From: Vermamoeba vermiformis
Taxonomy: Eukaryota
Assembly: GCA_045837725.1 (NCBI GenBank)
Contig: JBEWZL010000208.1
Coordinates: 186,001 to 207,465, forward strand
Direction of reading: 5' to 3'
DNA: 21,465 nt
Shown here: one piece after another, positions 1-13,975 of the stretch
Numbering within the stretch: position 1 is the stretch's first letter
Layout: each line of letters begins with the position of its first letter
Notes under the pieces: generated by a model
Databases searched by the model: none
What the model was told of the DNA's origin: nothing
Seen by the model: only the letters and a program-made list of their open reading frames with translations
Position numbers and translations under genes: made by a program

Positions 1-112
1 CGTTTGTGAGTTATTTTTCGTAACCATGTTTTTTTATGAGGGACCAAAACAGTTGCTTTAAAATGATATTATTCTTTTAAATGAAGTAGATAGCACGACG
101 TATTTAATTTCA

Positions 113-2070
113 ATGGCGTGGACGCTGAATTTTCTGCTACTTGCTGGTGCCATCGTTCTCGTGACTTATTTACACCGCACCATTCAAAAAATACGAAGAA
201 ATGCATTTGTATATCCATCAGAAGCGATTATCGATCAGACTCTGCCTCCTGTAAGTCTTTGATCTGTGCACAAAATCCAAAAATCACAAATTCCATTCAA
301 TTAACTGACCGCTCCGTAATTTATCCAATATTATGCTAAATTTATAAAAATTATTCATGATTTTTAGTCGTTTTATAGACATTTTGCGAGTAAACCAACC
401 AGATGCATCGTGTCAAAAATAAACTTAATTAGTTAATAACTAATAATCTTTTAGGAAATAATGGAGCATATATTTCTCAATCTAGATTATAGTTCTATCA
501 TGGCGTGCTCAGAAGTGAGCAAATACTGGCGCCATCATGCGATTAAAGAGCAGATCCAAGATTACATCTTCCGCAATGAGTAAGCATCTATATTTCTCGC
601 GATTGCTCCATTATCATTTATCAACCCTAATAATATTAGTACTTCGTTGAGCCTAAATGTCGATCGATTGAACGAAGCACTAAACTCGGAAACATTTAAG
701 CTGTCTCGTGACACGAAACTGCTCTCTTACCCGGTAATGAACAACTTATACTAATAGTAGGTATATATTAACATTATTGTGATTAGGCCATTTATCCACC
801 ACAATGGAGATTAGCAGATCAACTCTTCGCAAAAAATTTGGGCAAAGAACTGATCGAGACGGATTTGACAGGAGCGCGGCAAATTTACAACGCTTTGAGG
901 GCAAAAAATACGACAGAAGCTAACTCAACTGATATACATGTAAATAAGTAAGTATATTTTCATATGCGGTACATTTGTTGACGATCCGGAATTTTAGGTA
1001 TTTGCTGAAGCTGCGAGGAAGATTAGAGTACCATTATAATCATAATTGGAATATTAGAGACACTGGCAAGAATGTATTACAGATTAATATGAACGAGTAC
1101 AAAGATGGCCACAAGTTCTACATGAATCCAAGAGAGGATTGCGAAATGATCGTTGAATTTAACAACTTAGTCACTCGAAGCTCACCTAATTTAACGAGCA
1201 ATTTACTGAAATTTCGCTTGCTGGATTATAGACCACAGATTGCCGGTACTTAACGAAAATATGAAATTTTGTTTAATTACTCAAAAACAATTCTAAGAAT
1301 TTAGACTTGATATGCAGTTCGTTTATCATAACTTAGCTTTTATCAACGAGTCCCTATACTATTTTTGGTATTAATTTGCGGTTTTTATAGGATTTCCAGC
1401 CGGTCCACCATTAGTACAATTAGCGTTCTTATTCCTCCTACCGTGCATCATCATAGATTACCGAAATAGTCCTGATAGTGAAGCGAAATTTTATGCCAGT
1501 GTTATCTTGCATGCAATCTACGAAATAACAGGGCTAATTCTGGCATTTGCTGGACAAGTGCCTTATCCGGGACCAAGTTCACCACCGGAAGCCAGAAAAA
1601 AATTCAACATTGCCGTGAGCGTTACAATAGTATTAGCATTAATAGGCCTAATATTCTATCGATGGAGTTTGGAGTTGACGAATTATATTTTAATGTTGGT
1701 GGCTTGCACTGTTTATTTCTTTTTATGGCAAGATTTCGCGTCTGCGAGTTATCGAAGAGCAAAATTAGTAGCATTTATACTAGCATGTTTGATAGTCTCA
1801 ATGAACGATTGGAAGTTGACAGTGGATGCGGTCAAAAACGGTCAAATATTTTATACGCTAATGTACAATTTACTCATGCACTTGCAGTTCGGAGTTTTGA
1901 TAACGTTGCATAGTATCATGTTGAATTACTTCTACAAGTCCCCCCGAACTCGAAAGCAAGATCTGTTCAAGTGGCGCTCTTCGTTCGGAGAGATGTATCT
2001 CACTACATTAATTGCGCTTGTATTTATAACGATTTATGCACCGACGACACAAACTAAAGTGTTTGCGTGA
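113..2070 (+). CDS. Membrane-anchored F-box protein with C-terminal multi-pass (~7TM) domain, paralog A (~481 aa, 6 exons)
   Basis: Exons 113-250, 455-579, 640-733, 787-947, 998-1245, 1391-2070 join in frame through GT-AG introns (1446 nt). The protein starts MAWTLNFLLLAGAIVLVTYLHRTIQKIRR (TM plus basic patch), then has the F-box-like segment LPP|EIMEHIFLNLDYSSIMACSEVSKYWR. The last exon is strongly hydrophobic. Confidence 0.8.
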
Positions 2071-2178
2071 AATAAAAAGAATAGTTTAAATGCCTGCGCT
2101 GTTTTACAAAGTATTATAATGATTTGTAAAGAAATAACCCACGCAGATCTTGACTTAAAGTTAAATTTTATTATCGTA

Positions 2179-4189
2179 TTAAAGCAATACCACTACAGCC
2201 AACAAAAAGCATATTAGAGCGTTAATTTTGAGACCAGATCCGGCGTTGATTGTTGACTTGGTTGGCGTTTGAGTTGGCGCCGACGATTGCGGCGTGTTAC
2301 TAGAAGGTGCTGTAGAACTTTGAGGTGCTTGTTCTGGAGGTCTATAATTTTGTTCCGAGACTAAATAGTGCCACGGCACTCGAGCCACAAAAATGTCAAT
2401 CCGATCGGATCGCATGTTTGAACTCCAAAGAATATAATCGCCAGTAACGTCAAGAACTGCCTTAGGTAGTTTGTTGTAATGAGGAATCACCACCACTAGC
2501 GTTTATAAATGTCATAGAGGGTGCAACGATGAGCACATCCAAGCTCGAATCCGGTCTGAAACAAATTATCTCGTTGTCCTTAGCCAACTTACTATTATCA
2601 TCTGCATTACTGCCACATAAGAACTGGTGTTCATATGGCACTATTGAGGGGTCCTTTGCGTTGGTCCAAGTCAAATGTTGAGGACATCCGCCTGAGATCT
2701 TCCAACCTGCAAAAATAAAATTAATAAAATAACTCTAATCACTACTAAATTACTATAATAATAATATGTAACAAATATTTAAGTATGTTATTGATTTTTT
2801 AGTCGTTACGTACCATCACTATTGTAGAGAATTGTTAAATTTTCTCGCACGTAACCATCTTCAATAATAGGCTTAAAATCATATCGGTAAAATCTGCATG
2901 CGACAGAAGCGAAGTCGTCAGCAGATACAACGGTACCCCAGCCATTATCCGAGTGGCCTGGCGCACCATTTTCATCGGACATTCTAACATGTTGACCGGT
3001 TTCGAGATCGATGAAAACTCCGTCAACATCGTTTACACCGTCAATATTTGCTTTGATTAGTAAATAACGACCTGATTTGTCGATTTGACATTCATCAAAG
3101 TCCGTAGCGACTACAATAAAAAAATGAGTCTTCATTTTAATTAGGTTCGGATCAGGTAAACGTATAAATCTTAAAATAGATCTAATATCGGTATGGAATA
3201 ATTATATCTATGCTACTTACAATCAGGACCATCGAATAAGGCGAAGGTTTTGTTATGCAAGAAATACACGGCACATCCAACCGTCGAGTAATCAGCATTT
3301 CGTTTCAAAGTGAATGAAATAGCCCTCTCATTGGCACTAATATGTGTTTGCCACGCATATGAGTCAGCCAGCAGGTCATTAGTATCGAATACGTTCGTTT
3401 CTTCGAGCGTTAGTACATCCACGGTAAACATTCTGTTCCAACCAGGGCTGTATCCAAATATCAGATTTACCCGGTTTAATATGGAAAATAATATTATATT
3501 CGGATATTATTGTTATTGAGATGCGCAATTACTTACATGTACATCAGAGTCGGATGGATGAAAGAAAAGTACCAAGAGTCGGCAGCACTAGCGGCGTAGC
3601 TATTGCCGCTGAACAACTGTCCGATCTTCTTCACTATATGAGTAGTTAGTTATAAATAGAGCGTTAACGGTTTAATTTGATTGTTGCATCCGAAAGAGGT
3701 TTGCCAATTATTCACCGTTACCAATTATTCAGCTCCGGTTAACATAATGTTATAATATGATTTATAAAGTATTAAATTCGGAGTAAATTTCTGATTTTAG
3801 TAGCTGGATTTAACATTTTAAATTTTTGTTTACCTTCGTCGCTAGTCTTATTTACAGAAAATAATGTAGCTCCAACTAGATCGGTAATATTGAGCGCTGC
3901 AACGATGTACATCATATCTGAGCCTTGATGGTTGTTAATCTTCGCCCAATACGAGTATCCGTTCGGCTGAACTACTCCATCCGACTCGTCAGTAATTCTG
4001 TAGGCCTTAGTGTAGTACGGCAGTTGGAAAATCAAATGCACCTCGAGTATTAGGCAAGAAGGAGAGGTCAAAGTTGTCGCGACGAACATTTTGAGCGAAG
4101 GATTTTTCGATAAATCCTCCTGGCGCTTGATCTCCGAAGCAGACCGCAAGAACAGCACACCAAATTACTAGCAATAGTGCTGTCTTCAT
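2179..4189 (-). CDS. Secreted, probably GPI-anchored, beta-propeller-like protein of bacterial appearance; two apparent +1 frameshifts (possible pseudogene or assembly error)
   Basis: Signal peptide MKTALLLVIWCAVLAVCFG. Five exons with GT-AG introns. Beta-rich segments include DECQIDKSGRYLLIK and LDVTGDYILWSSNMRSDRIDIFVARVP. A Ser/Thr/Pro linker leads to the hydrophobic tail NAGSGLKINALICFLLAVVVLL*. The frame changes near 4024 and near 2479. Confidence 0.7.
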
Positions 4190-5031
4190 CTTGAACATAA
4201 TCTTCAAAGGCTAACAATGCAAACGCTTCAACTAAAGTTCAGCACGTGGCAACAAAACAGCCATTTTTAGCTAAAAACCAACAAACCAATAAATCATCTG
4301 TTAAAATCACGTTATTAAATAATAATGCCTACGAAACTTTGACTGACAACAATAGATGTATATATATATATTGTATGAGAGCTATTGGCGACAAGATCTG
4401 CACAGGAAAATACGTTAATTAGCTCAGCAGCAAGTATAGGAAGAAATTACCCTTACGCTCTGTAATCATAACATGCTAAAATTGATATTGGTCATCATGG
4501 TGCGTGTTTACGTAAGTATTGTTATGCTAAACCTGAAATAAGTGTCAGATTAGATTCAATTTTTATGGAAAATCAATATTAAGACTCTTTTAAATATTAA
4601 AATAGAAAATAATACGAGCCACTTATTGCGGGACTTTTAAGCGCACAAAATATATTTTACGCCCCGCAAGCTTAATTAATGCACGCACCCGAAATACGCC
4701 GCCAAGCGGCCTTTGATATTATTGTATAAATTATTCATAGATTACTTACCTTATCTTCCTACTGTTTTACTATCCAAGCTGTTTTGTTCCCGCATTCGCA
4801 TAATCGATTGCTTTAGCAATTTAATGATGCTAACATTACACACTGCTACCAAATTGACTGTTGTCACTTCCACAAGGATGAAAGTGTAATGGTCATTCAA
4901 ATTACATTAAATCAGTTTGTTTCCGATTGACGATGTGACATCCGCGTGGCAAGCACAAAAAAGATTGAAATTCACGTTGTTTACAATGATTTGATACATA
5001 ACGTTATACCGCAATCACTTGAAGACAAGGG

Positions 5032-6229
5032 ATGGAAGATGGCGCGCAAGCACTGCTTGTAGCGGATATTTTGGCTTGGATCTCGTTTGCGAGTAATCTT
5101 TTTGTATTTGTTTTGCATACTTGCAACCCATCCACGAGGAAGTTTCCCTCACGTGTATTTTTATATTCAATAGTGTCGTGCATGCTAACGAATATTGCGA
5201 TATGTATAAATTCACTGGGTAAGCGGAATCCATAATTTGTGTTTTCGGATGTGATGCTTATCTTTTTATGTTCGATTTAATTTCGGTTAATGCTTCGTAT
5301 ATTAAATATTATATACGTTCTATTATTTATATTCCGATTGGTATAATTTGTATCAGTGCACAAATTTATTGACGCAAGATCTTATTTTCAGCGGGATATC
5401 CTTATCAAAATATGGACACAAACTATGCCGCATGTGCAGTTCAAGGTACTTTGCATTATATTTAGCGATTGAATTTTATTAATAATTTAATTTAGCGTTT
5501 CTTGTTTATTATGGATATTTGAGCTGGGTGCTGTGGGTCCTAATTCTCAGTATTAACAACTATATTGTCATTGGGCTCGGACGAATCATCGAGCGCGCAG
5601 TACTCGTAGAAACAACGTACATAATTATTTGTTGGGGCCTGCCGCTCATTCCAGCCACAATTTTTGTAACGCGGGGATGGGTCGTGGGGTCAGATCTATG
5701 GTAAGAATTATACGAATTAGTCTGGCGAGTATTAAGATTATACTATTAGGTGCGGCGTGTCATCTGGTGATAGAATTTTTGGTTTGGCTGCGTACTGGAT
5801 CCCACAACTCGTCGTAATTTCGCTTAGTGCTATCTTTTTCGGACTCACAATTCACAAAATACGACAAGTAAGTTATAGTAACATATATTATGTATCTATA
5901 AGTCATTTAATCAATTATTTTGGATGATCTAGACAACGGTCGCTTCGTCAGATAACATTTGGAAAGAGACGTTGAATCGAGGAGCGCTGTCAATGCTAAT
6001 ATTCTTATTAGTATACATCATATTGAATTTTAGTCGAGCTTTAATGCGAATTATCAACTTGGGACGAGGAATAACGGGCTTGTCATTTACCGAGCAGATC
6101 TTGTACACAATCTTCACTACGACAACGGGTATATTATACTTAGCAGTATTTGGTACATCGAAGAGACATTATTCCGTTGTCAAGAAGTCACTTATGTCGC
6201 AAGAGTTTGACGCAGTCGACGATAACTGA
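5032..6229 (+). CDS. 7TM G protein-coupled receptor, cAMP-receptor-like (CAR/Crl-type)
   Basis: Five in-frame exons. Motifs seen: RKFPSRVFLY after TM1, ACAVQAFLVYYG at TM3, YIIICWGLPLIP at TM4, WC in ECL2, YWIP at TM5, GILYLAVFGT at TM7. Confidence 0.85.
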
Positions 6230-6462
6230 AATGAAATGACCACATCCATTTATCCCCGGATCATCTATGTAAAATAATAAATAGAATGTATATATTAAGC
6301 TATCTTTAGCATAATTCATTATCATTCTTCTCACGTGCTTTTCTGCGCGTCGATTCGAAGATAAAAAAAACCAAACAAAAATTTTGCTTTATTTCAACAA
6401 TTGAACTAATATAGAGAAGATTAATACTGCAGTATGAAGATATTGATATATATGGATAAGTA

Positions 6463-8543
6463 ATGTTTTGGACTGTTTACGTGGTGCTAGGAATCGGATT
6501 CTTTCTTCTCACGAGAAAACTCCACGAGCAAATCCGTTCTAGGCGCAAATTACCTTTAACTCCTCGTAGTACTATTGCCAAAGCTGGTATTGGTCAAGTT
6601 TTGCCTGCGGTAAGCCTTGATCTGCTAAATAAACGAAAAAATAAAAATAACTCCGATTTGTAGTTAATATTCTATTACGAATTAAATCTAAAATTGCTTC
6701 ATATTTGATATTTTAGTCGGAAAAATAAATTCATTATTTTTTACGATTTTTGGTGAGTTCTGGATGCAGATTAGCTCGCAAATAGTAACACTAGCATTTT
6801 AGGGGATAATTGAGCATATATTAACATATTGTGACCCAACTACAATAGTGGCTAGTACTATGGTCAATAAACACTGGTATTACGGCTCGCAACAAATCCG
6901 CGATCAAGTTTTGTAAGTCCAAAATCCCTACGAGAACAAAATGCAATAGTATTAATTTTATGTTGATAATATAGTCGCGCTTTGATTATGGATATTGACG
7001 ATTTAATCAAAAAAATTCGAGCAACCGCGCCAGAATTCGATCCATCAAAAATTAAATCAATGAACTTGAACGTACGTTATAAACTACTATTAAAACTGTA
7101 TTAAATTTTACTATGATCATATTAGATGTGGAATCAGGAGGAAAGAGTGCGAGACCAGCTGTTTGCTAAGAGCCTTGGCAAAAATTTAATCGTAGCGGAT
7201 CTGCGTAGCGCTCGTGAGCTGAAAAATGCAATGATAAGTTACAATGAGGCACAGAATAGTACCGATAATATAGTTGATGGGTTAGTAGCCTTATAGACAA
7301 TTTAATATTTGAGCTTATGCACGGCCAGCAAAACTATTAATTTTTAAATCAATTTCTTGGCCGAATTATCATTTCCAAATTAGGAAATTTTTCCATTGAG
7401 AGGCGATAGATTATTTTTACGGTAGAAAGTGGCACTAAATCGTTCGTAGATATTTGTTGAAATTTAGTACAAAAATGTACAAACGTTCTGCATCACAATT
7501 TTTCTTCAAAGACGCAGAGGCGGAATTTTGTTGCGTGTTGAAAGATCAGCTGAAATTGTTGCAAAGTATTGTCACGCAGTGGAAGAGTGGCAAAGAATGC
7601 GAGATTATTTGTGAATTGGCGGACATGAATGACGATCATACCATTCATATTGAACATCTTAAACGGATTAGAATCATCGAACAGAAGGCTAAATTTGCAG
7701 GTAACTAATATTTCATTTGCATGTGACCTTCGTTCATGAAACAAGAAATTTCAATTTTTTAAACAGATCCGGTACTTACTTCTAGGCAACCTAATCTAAA
7801 CAAAGTGCCACATATTAATAATTATTCTATTTGATAGATGTGTGTCGAAGGCTCACTAATGTTTTGTTTCCTAATTAGGCTACACGGTGGATGCGAATCT
7901 GTTCAAATCAATATTTTTGCTGGTATTGCCGTGCTTATTATTCGACTATTCAAACAACGTCTCACTGGCCACTAAGATATTCATGGCTAATATATTCAGC
8001 GTGTTGGCTATATTATTCATTGGATTCATGATCGCGTTCACACCAGTCGAAAATTCAAAGCACATCCGCTTCCATCCAAGCGTTCAAAAGTTTCATTATG
8101 TTATCGGTGCTGTACTTGGACTAGCATGGCTACTAATAGCAACATCAATGCGTGATTGGAGCTTTAAATTTGGTCATTATGGATTTTTGCTGGTCATTGG
8201 AAAATTATACACCAGTTTTACTGTCGATTTGCTCCACTGTGGCAAGCGAAAATTGTTTTTGCCTTTTATGGTAATATCAGTTACATTATTAACGGTCATT
8301 CTTGATTGGACTGATATTTTTGGATCTTCGATCCTGAATTTAGCCCAATCATTTTTGAATAATGTCCTATTTCATATGAAATTTGGACTAGGCTTGGTAT
8401 TATTTTTTGCTATGGTCGCTTGTTTTGAAACAAATTCGATCAAATTGGAAAATTTTGTACCGCGAGGAGATCTGGTGATGATCCATCTCATGGACATTAG
8501 CGTGGCGTTGTATATAACCTTGTATAATCCGAACAATGTGTAG
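6463..8543 (+). CDS. Membrane-anchored F-box protein with C-terminal ~7TM domain, paralog B (~474 aa, 6 exons)
   Basis: Exons 6463-6609, 6803-6912, 6975-7071, 7126-7280, 7450-7700, 7879-8543 are in frame (1425 nt). N-terminal TM, then F-box LPA|GIIEHILTYCDPTTIVASTMVNKHW. Shares DQLFAKxLGKxLIxxDL, NSTD, YLLK, LPCxxxDYxN and NxLxHxxFG with paralog A, with the same intron phases. Confidence 0.8.
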
Positions 8544-8761
8544 TGTATATAATAAACTGTTCATATCTTTCATTGATCAACGAGTGCGATCCATCGGAAC
8601 AACCTCCGAACTTGAATGAATTGTTGATGCAAGCAAATGATACTTTACTTATTACGTTCCTTAATGTACAAATAATTAACTATTTTCATAAAACTACAAT
8701 TGAGATTAAAAGAGGACCAGAAAATTTTTGCGAAATATCCGACGCAGATCTAGATCTTGAT

Positions 8762-10885
<2,124 letters not shown>

Positions 10886-11320
10886 CACTACAACGCAAAT
10901 ATATTCGTAGTGAGTGGTCTACTACAGCATACTATACGGGCATTAAAAATACGCTTGGCTCCGTTGAATCTCAAAATGGCAAATTTCTCTCGCATTATAA
11001 TGTTAGGAAGAAATAAATTTCGCGCAGTTGATTATCCCGCTACTAGCCGTTATGAAATTATTCAAAACTGACCTACCATGTAGCATAAGAGATATATGAT
11101 TGATAACTATTGAATGCTTTTGTTTATGCCCAACTGATCGGATTTGGTCTTGTTAGTACAAATTGTGGGCGTTAGCTTGCTGGAAGCTGGTTGCTATATG
11201 GTAGCATGAATATCTAGTATACTCCAATACTATCACGTGGCCGAGTCTGTCTTGCCGTTGGTAGCGGCTCTGTCGGATTGGTTGCGCATCTCGAACTAAA
11301 TCTGCCTTCTTCGTTGCAAA

Positions 11321-12705
11321 TTAGGTAATCTTCAGGTTCATAAGCTCATTGGTGCTAACTTCTACTCCTCGCTTTTCCAATATTTTGCTTATTAATTTCA
11401 AAAACATTTCGTTCACTCGTTGGTTAGATTTGGCCGAGACTCCTTCCATAAAATCGAAGCCATATTGAACGGCGAGGTTCTATAAATTAATACGTTAATA
11501 TTAATATCGCTTGTTTCACGAGAAGGTAATATTTGAACTTACACCAAGCTCATCCGCGTATAAAGTCGATTTCGCTTGATCTGCTTTAGTAGCCACAATT
11601 AAAATCGGAATATTCTCCGATGCAAATCGTTGCACTTGTTCAATCCATATGTGCAAATTCTCGAAAGAATCACGAGACGTTTTGTCGCAGACTGCTATGA
11701 CGCCATCTACGTGCTGATACATTTCTGGCTCGAGCGAATGAAACCTTCATCATAAAAAAATATTAAAACCATTAATATATGATATTTGTAGTAATTAATA
11801 GACCGAGGGCCTTGTCTTAGAAGCATTTCTTGAGGATCTTCAAAAACTTACGTCTCTTTGCCTTTAGTTTCTCGCTAAAAATTAAATTAAAAGTTAAAAT
11901 CGAGCGAATTTTATATTATTTAATAGAGCTTACGATTCTGATTTCAAAGTCGGTGTCATTCACATTAATTTTCTTCGTATACTAACGATAAATAGCAATT
12001 AATTAATTAGTTCAATACCACTATATCAATAATTAATTATACTACTTACCAATTCATCCAATGAAGTGTTCGTTTGCGAATTAAATTTGTTGGTCTATCA
12101 GAATAAAATATCGGCGTCAGATCAAAAAAAAATCGGCGCGCGATTGTTCATGAAATTGAAACAATCAAATGATTAACTTAGTAAGCATATATTTATAAAT
12201 CAAGACTAGTACGGGTCGATTCAAATTTTTGAGGCCTAGATGCGTGTCAAAAATTATCGCGACACGCATCCAAGCTGAAATTTAAAAATAATTTTTGAAT
12301 TGAAATAATAATTACCATTAATCGGAGTATTAGCGAGCTCTTTCCCACGCCTATAATGAAGGTATACGATAAGAATCTGATTCCAATTTTCTGAAATACT
12401 TTATTATGCACTATAATGAGCTCACTTACCTTTATCGCCGACCAGCAGTAATAATACGCTACTAAAATAATAAAAAATCAGTCAATTAATGAATAATATT
12501 TGATTTAAATTATTTGCCACGCTATTCATAATTAATCAATTTGTGACTTTAATGCGCCGAATATTGTTTAATATATTCACTTTAATTAAAAGAAGCAATA
12601 TATTCGAATTTTTGAGTCCAGATTCGGGATTGTGTCTTACTTGAAATTTGTCGGGATTTGCTGCTCCTGGCTTGCTTTCTCGTGCGAGCCATTATTATTC
12701 CCCAT
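11321..12705 (-). CDS. Atypical Rab/Ras-family small GTPase (MGN start, degenerate G3, no C-terminal Cys)
   Basis: About 8 small exons: MGNNNGSHEK, LLLVGDKGVGKSSLILR (G1), YTKKINVND, RETKGKETFHSL (replaces WDTAGQERF), VATKAD (G4), VSAK (G5). The 3' end may use one more exon ending near 11233. Confidence 0.8.
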
Positions 12706-12998
12706 TTTCACGAATTTTAATACATAAATAAAACCGACTGCCTTGTGTTTCTCTTTGGGTTTGAATCGTAAAATTTCTTGCCTGAATTTTACCGTTTTTT
12801 TTTTGTGCCGTGTCTAAATTGGTTATTAAGATTCCGTTTATGGTTCGAGCAATTCATTCCTATAAATGCAGGTGTTTTTATAATGGTAGTAGTTGAAATA
12901 TTTCTCGGTTAGGTGAGCGTTTCAATGAAAAACGGCGAAAAGCTTCAAACCAAGTTTCGTTTATTTATTGATTCAAATTAATCAAGCACAACATTACA

Positions 12999-13774
12999 AT
13001 GGGTAATTCGTTGGAGAAGGTATAGAGCTGCGCAAATCAAACGTCACTTAAGAATTTTGATACTTAACCGTTTTAAGGAGGCTGAATTCCATATAACCGT
13101 ATTGGGAGCCAGCAAAGTGGGCAAAACGGCATTAATCTCGCGGTTGGTATCAAATAGTAAGCTAAAAATTGGAATTTAAATTTGAAAAAAATAAATACCA
13201 ATTGGTATTATTAAAATTAATATAGGCGCCACTCGAAATTCGTATGCCGTGTACTTATACAGCGAGAGTAAGATTTTTGACTAATATATGCGATTTTTAT
13301 CGGTTAAATGACAAACTTCTTAGACAAAACTGTACACCTCCGTGTTGACGGCTCAGATAAAGTGATAGAAGTTCACGAATGCGATTTTGAAGCATCAAGT
13401 GATTCGCCCAAAGCCTTACGTAACTATACGGTACACTACCATTGAAGTAATTTTATCAGCACAAAATTCTAACGTAGATCTAGATCGAAAAGCCTGCTGG
13501 ATATTTGCTAGTGTACGATGCAACCAATCCGAAGTCATTCAAAGACGTCCAGCTAATTCGCGTGGAAAATGCCCCAATAGTCCTAGCAGCATTGAAAAGT
13601 GATGCAGAAGATCGAGTAGTGTCCAACGACGAAGGCGAACAGTTCGCCAAAGAGCAAGGGTGGCACTTCTTTGCAGTGTCAGCCAAGGACATTTTGCACG
13701 TGGACGAAGTGTTCCAACAAGTTGCGAGGGAAGTCGTAGCGGGGACTAGTCGCAAAGAGACAAAGTCAAAGTAG
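12999..13774 (+). CDS. Atypical Ras-like small GTPase or pseudo-GTPase
   Basis: Five exons in frame: MGNSLEK|EAEFHITVLGASKVGKTALISR (G1), IEVHECDFE (G3 lost), GYLLVYD, AALKSD (G4 variant), VSAK (G5). Ends KETKSK* with no CAAX. Confidence 0.82.
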
Positions 13775-13975
13775 ACTAAGGACTGCAGTGAGGAGACGAT
13801 TCACACAAGTGAATTAATCCGCTTTTGTAAATATAAATGTGTTTTGATAGGTTTATAGGACCTCAATAATTCATAGCGTACTTTTTTGTTGCAATGACAT
13901 TGTGTCGATGAAAACCAGTTCCAATTACTCGAACTAAACTTTAATCAATGTAACAACAATCAATAGTATACTATA

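Noticed and set aside
118-339. 73-aa ORF from the ORF track
   Set aside because: Wrong frame. The ATG at 113 gives a TM segment that splices into the F-box exon, as in the paralog.
2462-4030. Euplotes-style stop-codon-triggered +1 frameshifting
   Set aside because: There is no AAA-TAA motif, and the plausible protein sequence (PYYTK, YNKLPK) needs the shift several codons before the TAA.
4626-4669. TTGCGGG...CCCGCAA inverted repeat in the intergenic region
   Set aside because: Only a 7-bp stem with no target duplication or other support, so it is compatible with chance.
11221-11320. GC-richer stretch with a tRNA A-box-like TGGCCGAGT
   Set aside because: No cloverleaf or correctly placed B-box. 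It is better explained as 3' UTR or an extra last exon of the Rab-like gene.
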